DNA of 35,303 bases from Promethearchaeia archaeon (GTDB taxonomy: Archaea > Asgardarchaeota > Lokiarchaeia > Sigyniarchaeales > SOKP01), in the NCBI GenBank assembly GCA_029856145.1, contig JAHQWK010000014.1, positions 1 to 35,303 on the forward strand. Reading direction: 5' to 3'. Both the position numbers and the translations under genes were made by a program. Positions 1 to 8,654 of this stretch are shown here, one piece after another. The notes under the pieces were generated by a model that searched no databases, had not been told where the DNA came from, and saw nothing but the letters and a program-made list of their open reading frames with translations. The first letter of the stretch is position 1, and each line of letters opens with the position of its first letter.

Positions 1-2
1 GG

Positions 3-1244
3 GATGTAACTGAGGATGAGTTTAAACTAATTTATGAGGTGTCAGAACATTCTGATGTTATCGGCACTTTACGAGGATTTGAGTATGAAGTTCCTATAGA
101 TTTCAAAAAGTTAGTAGAAAAACCATATGGTTTATTTGGAAGAACGGGAATTGGGAAGTCAATCCTGAATAAGATTCTATGTCTTTACATTTTAAAACAT
201 GAAGTATCTCAACTATTACTATTTGATATGCAAGGTGAATATGGTTTAGTTTCACGAGCAGACAAAACAAAGGGACTTGCATTTTATTTCCAACAAAAAA
301 TCCAGCTGTATCGCCTTAGTGAGTTAGATAAAAAGGATAAAGTGCTAGATGGATCAGAACAGTTTTTTATATATAAAGATAATATCTTGTCAGGAGATAT
401 TATTGCAAGCGCTCAGACTTTAAATGAACCTTCTATTAATACTCTTATCCAAATAGAGAACCTTTTAAGGAATGATCAAATCAAATATGATAATTTATTA
501 GCAGCTATACAAAATATAACTTCAGGAGAAGTTCAAACTCATAGAATCAATAATCTCTCTTTAGGAGCGTTGAAGAATAGAATCGTACCTTTTGAGAGAT
601 ATACGTTCTTAAAAGATCGAGGAGAATCTAAACGGGAGGATAGCATCGAACATATGTTTACAAAACTAATGGAAGGTAAATCCATCGTTATTGACTTTGG
701 GAAATATGGCACTAATACTCACTTATATCTATTTGTTGCTAATATGATTACAAGAAGACTGTATCATAAATATTCCCAAAAGGAAGATGAGGGCTCTTTA
801 CCTCCTTTAGTTGTTGTTGTGGAAGAGGCTCATAAATTTTTGAAATCTGGAATAATACAGCACACGATTTTTGACCGAATCGCACGAGAAACGCGAAAAT
901 TTCAGTTAACCATAGCGTTTGTAGACCAAAGACCTTCTCAAATTGATGAAGAAGTTTACTCTCAAATTGCTAACACTTTCGTTATGCACATGATTGATGA
1001 GAAAGATATCAAACGAGTTGTTCAGACGTTACCAGATTCAAAAAAATGGCGTGGGGTTATCTCTGGGCTTCAGAAAAGGCAATGTTTTATACGAGGAGAT
1101 GCTGTTGCGGTGCCCTCTATAGTTGAAATCTTTGACTATAATGATGAAAAAGAATTAAAGAAAAAGTTAGGAATAACAAAACCACTCTCAGAAACTCTTA
1201 AGGCTATAGAAGGATCAGACTTAACTGTTTTAGAAGATGATTAG
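3..1244 (+). CDS. herA: HerA/FtsK-family ATPase (DNA end-resection helicase), 5'-truncated by the window edge
   Basis: Frame is open from nt 3 (DVTEDEFKLIYEV...). Walker A GRTGIGKS, LFDMQGEY, Walker B VVVEEAHKF, arginine-finger region IARETRKF, DQRPSQID. Directly upstream of Mre11/Rad50. Confidence 0.9.
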   Translation, partial: DVTEDEFKLIYEVSEHSDVIGTLRGFEYEVPIDFKKLVEKPYGLFGRTGIGKSILNKILCLYILKHEVSQLLLFDMQGEYGLVSRADKTKGLAFYFQQKIQLYRLSELDKKDKVLDGSEQFFIYKDNILSGDIIASAQTLNEPSINTLIQIENLLRNDQIKYDNLLAAIQNITSGEVQTHRINNLSLGALKNRIVPFERYTFLKDRGESKREDSIEHMFTKLMEGKSIVIDFGKYGTNTHLYLFVANMITRRLYHKYSQKEDEGSLPPLVVVVEEAHKFLKSGIIQHTIFDRIARETRKFQLTIAFVDQRPSQIDEEVYSQIANTFVMHMIDEKDIKRVVQTLPDSKKWRGVISGLQKRQCFIRGDAVAVPSIVEIFDYNDEKELKKKLGITKPLSETLKAIEGSDLTVLEDD

Positions 1245-1284
1245 TATAATTAATTTTTTAAATAAATTGAAAAGGAATTAAATT

Positions 1285-4200
1285 ATGACAAGAATCTTTT
1301 TTATTGGAGATACTCACTTTGGAAAATCCTATCCTTTCAAAAGATTATATGAGCTTAATATTTCAGAAAGAAATTTGGATGTCATAAGTATTTGTGAGAA
1401 AATCGTTAACGCTGCTATTCAAGAAAAAGCAGAATTAGTAATTTTTCTTGGAGATCTCTACGATAGACAGAATATATCTCCAACAGTAAGAAAGATTGTA
1501 AGAGAACATATTTTCATTCCCTTAAATAAAAATGATATGAAAACAATAATTATCGGGGGAAATCATGATTCTATTAGAAATCCTAAAAGAGGAGCAGATA
1601 TTCAAGAATTATCTAATTTTCCGAATGTAGAAGTATATACTGGGCTTACATCAAAAATAATTGAAAAAAATGGTGTTAGAATTGGTATAATTTTTCTACC
1701 TTATATCCATTCTGATGTTCTAGTAAATTTTGCTAAAGAAAAAAATATCCCAATAGATCAAGATCAACATAACTATAGAATCGCTCAGCATATATTTGAA
1801 AATTATATTAAACAATTATGCGAAGGAGACCTTAGGGATTGTGATAAAAAAATTCTTTTAGGTCATTATTATTTAGATGGAGCAAAGATTCGCGAAGTTA
1901 ACAATCCTTCAATGATCTATGGAGAATTTAAGTTTAGCAAACAAATGGTTCAAAAGAATTTTTTCGACCTTGTTATTTTTGGACATGTTCATCTAAAACA
2001 AGTAATGTGGAATGATGAAAGAATTGTAATTCCTGGGGCTATCGATCAAATTGATATAGGAGAAAGAGATACTGATAAATTTTATTGCGTATATGATGTA
2101 GATTCAGATACTTTAGAATATCGAGAGATTGATTGTAGAAAACATGTAAAAACAGAGTTAGAAATTCCGGATGATTGTGAAGATTTAAATACATACTTAT
2201 TAGAGAATCTACCAAATAACGTAGAAATTAAAGATTCTGTATGTAAAGTAATAATTCATTATCCAAGGGGAAAAGAGACCAAAATTGATAAAAATAAGGT
2301 TGAGAAACATCTTAAAAAGTCGTTCTATACAGACATTAATTATAAGGAGAAAACTGAGAAAAAACTAGGAAGTCTAAGAGAAGTAAACTTGGACCCTAAA
2401 AGTCTATATCAAGATTTCCTTTATCAAAAATATAGAAATCATACTTATTATAATGATTTAAAATCAATCGGATTTGATCTTCTTGAAAAAGAATTATCAT
2501 CTGTTGATCTTACAGCAAAAGGCTCAATTTCTATCAAATCCATAGATATGCAGAATTTTAATAAGTATGGAAAGGGACCAAACAAAATAATTTTTGATAA
2601 AGATTTATATGTGATTAAAGGTCCTACAGGATCTGGTAAATCTTCTATTTTAGATGCAATTACGTTTGCGTTATTTAAAAGAAACACTCGAAAGGATGTC
2701 GGTCTTAATTTGGATGAAATTCTTTATCAAAATGGGTATGTTAATTTGGAAATGTTAATAGGGGATAATGTCTTAACGGTAAAAAGAAGTCAAAGATCTC
2801 CTAAATTGGATATAAAACTTGATGATGAGCCTCTCTTTTTAGGATTAAAGGTTCCAGAAAAAGAAAAAAGATTAGAAAGCATCATCGGATATGATTATGA
2901 GGCATTTATATCCTCGTTCTTTATCCGTCAACAAGAACTACAGATTTTCTCCACTTTATCATCTTCAGATCGGCATGAACGGCTTGTAAAATTGTTCAAA
3001 TTAAAAATATTTCAAAATATCTACAAAAAGCTAAAATCTACAATTAATGAGTTTGAGGGAAAACAACAAAAATTAGAAGGAATTATCATAGGAAAAGAGG
3101 AGAGATTTGATGAGTTACCTCAAAAGGAAAAGGATTTGAAATTAAAGGTTGATGAATTAGGAACAAAAGAAAAGGAACGAGATCAACTTTCAAGAGAAGT
3201 TCAAAATATAAGAGAGCAATTAGAAACCCTCCAAGAAGAAGCTACTCAATATGCAAGTACTCAAGAACGGATCAAAGAAATGAATGAAGAAATCGAAAAG
3301 AATAAGAATGACATTATAAATTACGAAAATCAACAAACCGAATTTGCAGAACTCCAAAAAAAATTAAATGAACTAAAGGATTTCAAAGAAGAAAAAATAA
3401 GAATGGAGAAACTAAAAGAATCGATTGAAACAAAGTTACATGAAAAGGAATTGATTGACACAGAAATTAAGAATTATAACAATCTAATAGCACAGACTGA
3501 AAAACAATTTACTACCCAATTGAAGTCGATAAAACATCAAGTTGAAGACAAAGAAGATCGTTTTTCACAGTTAGATGTTGATATGACAAAAGAGGAAGCA
3601 TTTAATATCTTAAAGGAAGATGGAATTTTAACAGAAAGACTTTCTCGACTTCAAAATGTAGAAATTCCTATGGCCAAAGAATATAATGACTCTACGCGTC
3701 TCAATGAATTCACTTCATTAGTTAAAAAAACTCAAAAAGAAGTATCATTACTTCAACCTAAACAAAAGCAGATATCAAAGGATATATTCATTGCTGATGA
3801 GTTAAAAAGCGATCAAAATGTCTTAAAAGATCAAATTATGGATATAGAGAAAAAGAAACAAGAAGAATTCGAGGAATTTTATGAAGAAATTAGGAAATTA
3901 GAAAAGCTCACTCAAGAAAAAAGTCTAAATGAAGATTTCAATGAAAAATTACAATTAGCAAAATCAGAATTAAGCATAATTCAAGAAGAAGAACAAGAGA
4001 AAGAATCATTAGAAGCACAATTGCGTAAATTGAAGGATTATTCACTTTTAATAGAGAAAGTAGAGAAAGATATTACTCAATTGAATAAGAACCTTAAGAC
4101 TTTAGATGATAAATTAATGAAATTAGAGTCGTCATATAAAAAGTATCTAGATATTGTTGAAGTATTTGGTAGACAACAACAAGAGTTACAAGACTTTGAA

Positions 4201-4854
4201 AGTACTATCAAAGGACTCCAAGTAGAAATTGGTTATATTACAAAGGATATAAAGGCTATAATGAAAACTAAAGACGAAGTAAAGAAAATCAAGAAAGAAC
4301 TTAAGGATATCAAAAACAACGTAGAAATCTATACTCTATTACGTAAAGATATATTTCATTTAAATGGTGTTCCTAGGTTTGCTATTGAAAAAATTTTACC
4401 TGAAATATCGATAAGGGCTTCTGAAATCTTAAGTGATCTTACAGATGGAAAGTTTAATCTAATTAGCTTTAAACCTTTAGGGGGCACTAGAGTAGGTTTT
4501 GAGATCTACGTATTTGATGGAGAGCGTGATCGTGAGGCAAGTAGTTTTTCAGGGGGAGAAAAAACACAAATAAATGCAGCTATACGGTTTGCGATTATGG
4601 AAAAAATTTCCGAAATTCCAGATACCACTGGAGCTTTGTTTCGAAAATCTAATACACTATTAATTGATGAGGGGGATCTGGGAACTTTAGATGATGAAAC
4701 TGCTCGGCAACGATTTGTTGATAAGATTTTCGAATTAAAATCAATGTTTAAGAAAATAATCCTTATAACTCATTTAGAAGATGTAGCAGAACAGTTTCCT
4801 AACAGGATTGTTATAGGATGGAATGAGTTAGGTAACTCAAAAATTTATCATTAA
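1285..4854 (+). CDS. Fused Mre11(SbcD)-Rad50(SbcC) nuclease/ATPase
   Basis: aa 1-~410 carry phosphoesterase motifs GDTHFG, GDLYD, GGNHD, LGH, FGHVH. From aa ~413: ISIKSIDMQNF, Walker A GPTGSGKSS (nt 2620), Q-loop FIRQQE, long coiled coil, signature FSGGE, Walker B/D-loop LLIDEGDLGTLD, H-loop ITH. No stop or frameshift between the halves. Confidence 0.93.
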   Translation: MTRIFFIGDTHFGKSYPFKRLYELNISERNLDVISICEKIVNAAIQEKAELVIFLGDLYDRQNISPTVRKIVREHIFIPLNKNDMKTIIIGGNHDSIRNPKRGADIQELSNFPNVEVYTGLTSKIIEKNGVRIGIIFLPYIHSDVLVNFAKEKNIPIDQDQHNYRIAQHIFENYIKQLCEGDLRDCDKKILLGHYYLDGAKIREVNNPSMIYGEFKFSKQMVQKNFFDLVIFGHVHLKQVMWNDERIVIPGAIDQIDIGERDTDKFYCVYDVDSDTLEYREIDCRKHVKTELEIPDDCEDLNTYLLENLPNNVEIKDSVCKVIIHYPRGKETKIDKNKVEKHLKKSFYTDINYKEKTEKKLGSLREVNLDPKSLYQDFLYQKYRNHTYYNDLKSIGFDLLEKELSSVDLTAKGSISIKSIDMQNFNKYGKGPNKIIFDKDLYVIKGPTGSGKSSILDAITFALFKRNTRKDVGLNLDEILYQNGYVNLEMLIGDNVLTVKRSQRSPKLDIKLDDEPLFLGLKVPEKEKRLESIIGYDYEAFISSFFIRQQELQIFSTLSSSDRHERLVKLFKLKIFQNIYKKLKSTINEFEGKQQKLEGIIIGKEERFDELPQKEKDLKLKVDELGTKEKERDQLSREVQNIREQLETLQEEATQYASTQERIKEMNEEIEKNKNDIINYENQQTEFAELQKKLNELKDFKEEKIRMEKLKESIETKLHEKELIDTEIKNYNNLIAQTEKQFTTQLKSIKHQVEDKEDRFSQLDVDMTKEEAFNILKEDGILTERLSRLQNVEIPMAKEYNDSTRLNEFTSLVKKTQKEVSLLQPKQKQISKDIFIADELKSDQNVLKDQIMDIEKKKQEEFEEFYEEIRKLEKLTQEKSLNEDFNEKLQLAKSELSIIQEEEQEKESLEAQLRKLKDYSLLIEKVEKDITQLNKNLKTLDDKLMKLESSYKKYLDIVEVFGRQQQELQDFESTIKGLQVEIGYITKDIKAIMKTKDEVKKIKKELKDIKNNVEIYTLLRKDIFHLNGVPRFAIEKILPEISIRASEILSDLTDGKFNLISFKPLGGTRVGFEIYVFDGERDREASSFSGGEKTQINAAIRFAIMEKISEIPDTTGALFRKSNTLLIDEGDLGTLDDETARQRFVDKIFELKSMFKKIILITHLEDVAEQFPNRIVIGWNELGNSKIYH

Positions 4855-4974
4855 TATTTAAGAAATATAGAAGTGATGAAAGATTTTGAATCAATATAGA
4901 ATAAAAAATATATTTAAAAATATCAATAATAAAATTTCGAAGATATTTATAAAAAAGAAAAAGAGGGTGAAATT

Positions 4975-5949
4975 ATGATAATTGAATTTCGATTTAACTC
5001 CAAGTCGTCAGGACAAAATGTACCTGAAGCTATTAGAATTGCCCTAAAATGTGGAGGTTTTATTGAAGATAGATTTTATAAAATTAAATTTGATGATCCT
5101 CAAGATAAGAATTTAAAGAATTTGTTTGCCTTAGTGGGAAATCTCAAGGGAACTGCTATTATATTGGAAGATGAGGAGCCAGTTATAGCACGTAAATTTT
5201 TTAATGCTGTAAACTGTCCAGAAAAGCTCATCTGCAAAGGAACTTGTCAGCATGTAAAGTTTGGCTATTATGATATCCTAGATTTCCTTGATGCACATTC
5301 AGAAAGCATTGAGAATAATGTATTTTCCACGTCAGAACATAATATAATTAGATACCTGTCGGACTTCTTAGAAGAGGTTGAAGAAAATAGATTTAAAGTG
5401 AATAAGGAATTGTTTCTAAATTACTTTAGACAAGAAACTGATATGGAGAATAAATTCTGTAAAAAATATAATATTCATAAAGCTCAAGAAGCAATACAGA
5501 AGTTACCAGATGAAATAAAACTAATTCCTTATGAAGAATCTCAGGAATATCTTGAGAAATATGAAGAAGAACTTGATATTGAGAGTATGATTCGAGGAAT
5601 TTTAAGGCACAGTGAGATAAGTACAGAACTAACTATACCCGAAATTATAGAATGTTCTAAAACAATAACTTACTTAATAACAGCATATTTCATATCTTTA
5701 GAGAATTCAGATGTTTTAATATCTTCGTTTCCTGAATTAAAACTAATTTCATTTACAAAGCTAATTCTTGATGAAGATTATGAACATATTGATGAATTGG
5801 AAGATGAGCAAATGAAATATATTGTAGCCAAAGAGAAAGAATTCTTTTGTGCATCAAATCCTTTTTCAAAACTATATTTCAGACTTTTTCAAGAACAAGA
5901 TAATACTCTAAAAGACAAACTCGAAATGCTTAAAAAACTGAAAAAATAA
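4975..5949 (+). CDS. Hypothetical protein with a Cys/His cluster (C-x5-C-x3-C-x-H)
   Basis: 324-aa ORF with upstream GAGGGTGA RBS-like motif; NCPEKLICKGTCQH. No family recognised. Confidence 0.7.
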   Translation: MIIEFRFNSKSSGQNVPEAIRIALKCGGFIEDRFYKIKFDDPQDKNLKNLFALVGNLKGTAIILEDEEPVIARKFFNAVNCPEKLICKGTCQHVKFGYYDILDFLDAHSESIENNVFSTSEHNIIRYLSDFLEEVEENRFKVNKELFLNYFRQETDMENKFCKKYNIHKAQEAIQKLPDEIKLIPYEESQEYLEKYEEELDIESMIRGILRHSEISTELTIPEIIECSKTITYLITAYFISLENSDVLISSFPELKLISFTKLILDEDYEHIDELEDEQMKYIVAKEKEFFCASNPFSKLYFRLFQEQDNTLKDKLEMLKKLKK

Positions 5950-5994
5950 AAACAGTGCACGGACAAGATACATAAAAATGTCATAGAGATCAAT

Positions 5995-6408
5995 TCAAGG
6001 TTCTTTATATTGTATATTTATAGAACAAATGTCATATTTAATTTTCATTTTTTTGAATATTTCTTCTAACACTTCTCCCCTAAATGAGTGAAGGCATTCT
6101 GTAAAGTGACAGCGTAGGTTTATATCTTCAAGTGCAGTATCTATTATATCTTTTAATATATCAATATTTTTGATATTGTTTCTATTTAAAATATCATAGT
6201 CATCATCTATATTATAAAGGTCCCAATTCCAAGAAAGTAATAAAATGGTTCTGAAATGTTCTTCTAATGTAACTTCACGATCATTCACATATCTCTTAAA
6301 AATTTCTTCATATTCCAATTTACCTAATAATTTTTCTCTTAATTTTTCTCTCAACTCCTCATATTCTAATAATTTATTAGTTTCAGTTATTTTTTCTTTC
6401 AGATTCAT
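5995..6408 (-). CDS. Hypothetical protein
   Basis: 137-aa ORF with ATG start, GAGGT upstream on the minus strand and Glu/Lys/Ile-rich protein-like composition. Confidence 0.6.
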   Translation of the reverse strand: MNLKEKITETNKLLEYEELREKLREKLLGKLEYEEIFKRYVNDREVTLEEHFRTILLLSWNWDLYNIDDDYDILNRNNIKNIDILKDIIDTALEDINLRCHFTECLHSFRGEVLEEIFKKMKIKYDICSINIQYKEP

Positions 6409-6546
6409 ACTTCATTACCTCTTGATTTATATTTGTCTTTATAATAAAATACTATTTTTAATAAAGGAAAATTCCAAAAGTTCCCTCTATTCTAATCTTG
6501 TCTTAATAATACCCATGTACTTTCTCAGATATAAATATTTTGTTTA

Positions 6547-6614
6547 GAAGATTGGTTAATCCCCACATTAACCAATAGTAATTTGAAGATTAGTTAATCC
6601 CTTCATTAACCAAT
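6547..6614. repeat. Two tandem 30-bp direct repeats, each an inverted repeat (10-bp arm, 6-bp spacer, 10-bp arm); candidate recombinase core sites or operators
   Basis: Copy 1 (6547-6576) GAAG-ATTGGTTAAT-CCCCAC-ATTAACCAAT has perfect arms. Copy 2 (6585-6614) GAAG-ATTAGTTAAT-CCCTTC-ATTAACCAAT has one arm mismatch. Gap 8 bp, period 38 bp. Confidence 0.92.
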
Positions 6615-6669
6615 TTTTCTTTTTATAGAAATGAAATAAATGGTATAAACAAAAAAATTATCAAAGACC

Positions 6670-7083
6670 ATGACAAGAAAAATAAACAGATTGGATATTA
6701 GAGAAGTGTCCTTGAAAATGAGAAGTGAAATTGATAGCATGTCCCGCTCTGATCCACGACTACTCGTATTTCTTGAATTCTTCCATAAGACGTTTCTCAA
6801 ATTAGTGAAAAAGATACAATTGCCTGTTAATACAGATGTACTAAATGCCGTAATAGGTGATTGTATTGAGGACGATGACAGGTTTCCGGATAGAAGCGAA
6901 ATAAATATGACAACGGGAGGATACTCTTTAGGTGAAATTTTCAATTATTTTAATAACTTTCTAAGTTCTACTTCCGACCTCATTCAGTTAATGTATATGT
7001 ATGGATTCAGTCAAGGGATATTAAACAGGATTATGAGGAAATTAAGGATTGAGTATGAAATTCCCCCACCATTTCCTGTGTAA
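6670..7083 (+). CDS. Hypothetical protein, first gene of the atypical block
   Basis: 137-aa ORF with ATG start, apparently helical, ending PPPFPV; co-oriented with the four downstream genes. Confidence 0.65.
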   Translation: MTRKINRLDIREVSLKMRSEIDSMSRSDPRLLVFLEFFHKTFLKLVKKIQLPVNTDVLNAVIGDCIEDDDRFPDRSEINMTTGGYSLGEIFNYFNNFLSSTSDLIQLMYMYGFSQGILNRIMRKLRIEYEIPPPFPV

Positions 7084-7171
7084 ACATTATTACTTTTAAT
7101 TGCCGAGTAATCAAAGTCATTTATTTCATTTCCAATTTTTTCTTTATAAAGAAATAGGTGATTCATCTTGC

Positions 7172-8605
7172 ATGACTCAATCTATTCAAATTAACAAGAA
7201 TAATTACAATGTACTCAGGCAACAATTTATCCAAACTCTAACCGACATAGACCAAATTCAATATAGTGATTTATTTGAGGAGTTTATATCAGTATTTAAT
7301 ACGGTACACTCGAAGATAAGGAGATATACTAAATATCGTAATATTAATCTTGCGTTTCCCCCTATTCTCTATATGTTTTTAAAGGTAAATGCTGTAGTGA
7401 TTAATAGACATATATTCTCCCAAAGTCTTGATTTAGCTTATAATCAACTTGTAAAAGACATGAAAAATTTTATTCCCTTGTATCCTGATTTTAAAAATCG
7501 CGATAAATCTCGGATGATATTTGCAATTATAGAGGATGTTGTAAGCTATTTTGACTTGCACCACCATTTTACTGATAACACTAAATTGCTTTATAACCAT
7601 TTTTATCCCTTACTCCAATTTACCTCAGAAGAACTTAGTGCGGGCGTTATTCTAGTCTTAACATTGACCGTTTCTGGGATTACTTCAATCAATATGGCCC
7701 AAATCTGTGAAAGGATCTGCGTTTCGAGTGGTTCAGTTTCGAATAAAATAAATAAGTATATTATTCCAAAATTAGGCATTCCCAATTTCCAATCCCCCAT
7801 TAATTCAGCATATTTATTAAGAGAAAAATTAGTGTCATTGATGACATTTCACCCAGTGCCTTGCCCTAGTACTTCTCTTACTGCCCCTTTAATTGAGAGA
7901 TCTTCTCTATGGACAAAAAACTTAAATGAACAATCCCTTCTATTGCTGAATATTATAATTGAAAGGATAACTAAGAAACAGAGTAACTATGAGCTACTAT
8001 CAAGATCAGAATTTCTCATTCATAGAAATATAAAAACCATTAGAAAGAATATAGACTATTTCATTAAATTATTGAAGCGAAAAAACATTAAACGAGATCA
8101 TAAAAGAATTGTGGGTGTATCTATTGCTTTCGCTTGCCCCAGAGCCTCGTTAAAAGCTATTTCGAGATTAATAGAGGTTTCAGGGAGTTCTTCTTTGAGT
8201 TGTTTATTCCAGAAAATAAGTCATAAAGGAACCTTTACCCAATATGCCAGTAAATTTCCCTATTTAGATTCCCATTATGCTAAGGAAGTCTTTCGAATAC
8301 TAAAGTATCACATCAAATCTTTAGATCTTGACTACAAATTCTATTGTATTGATTCCAAGCCTAAAACTATTTGCAATAGCATTGAGAAAATATGTGAAAT
8401 CGCAAACGAGATCGGTTTTCGGACACGAGAGCCTTTGATTGTTGCCACCAGCATAGCGCTTACAGACCCAAACTTATCTCAAAATGACATTAGCCAGTTC
8501 ATGACGGACACACTAAATATTCATGTTAATCACACCACATTTAGTCATTGTGTAAGATTATTTAGAGTTGTTAAGTTAGATGATCAAATTGAGAAAAACA
8601 CATAA
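7172..8605 (+). CDS. Divergent TFB/TFIIB-like protein with repeated cyclin-fold/HTH units and no Zn ribbon
   Basis: SEELSAGVILVLTLTVSGITSINMAQICERICVSSGSVSNKINK matches the pattern of the TFB C-terminal cyclin repeat and recognition helix. Similar units at RDHKRIVGVSIAFACPRASLKAISRLIEV and REPLIVATSIALTDPNLSQNDISQ. ATG 7172 is preferred over TTG 7100 because of AGGTGA at 7156-7161. Confidence 0.6.
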   Translation: MTQSIQINKNNYNVLRQQFIQTLTDIDQIQYSDLFEEFISVFNTVHSKIRRYTKYRNINLAFPPILYMFLKVNAVVINRHIFSQSLDLAYNQLVKDMKNFIPLYPDFKNRDKSRMIFAIIEDVVSYFDLHHHFTDNTKLLYNHFYPLLQFTSEELSAGVILVLTLTVSGITSINMAQICERICVSSGSVSNKINKYIIPKLGIPNFQSPINSAYLLREKLVSLMTFHPVPCPSTSLTAPLIERSSLWTKNLNEQSLLLLNIIIERITKKQSNYELLSRSEFLIHRNIKTIRKNIDYFIKLLKRKNIKRDHKRIVGVSIAFACPRASLKAISRLIEVSGSSSLSCLFQKISHKGTFTQYASKFPYLDSHYAKEVFRILKYHIKSLDLDYKFYCIDSKPKTICNSIEKICEIANEIGFRTREPLIVATSIALTDPNLSQNDISQFMTDTLNIHVNHTTFSHCVRLFRVVKLDDQIEKNT

Positions 8606-8654
8606 TTATTTTTACTTGATTTTTTATTATATATCCTATAACTAGAAGACAAAA

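Noticed and set aside
1-5949. Wadjet/MksBEF, Lamassu or true SMC condensin
   Set aside because: The ATPase has no hinge domain and is fused to an Mre11-type phosphoesterase; no kleisin, KITE, Toprim or effector genes are seen.
6547-6614. Mini-CRISPR array interpretation of the 30-bp palindromic repeats
   Set aside because: Only two copies, separated by 8 bp (far below spacer length), with no cas genes in the window.
6245-6944. ORFs 6245-6547(+) and 6606-6944(-)
   Set aside because: They are antisense shadows of 5995-6408 and 6670-7083, with Ser/Phe/Leu-rich composition typical of reverse-strand reading.
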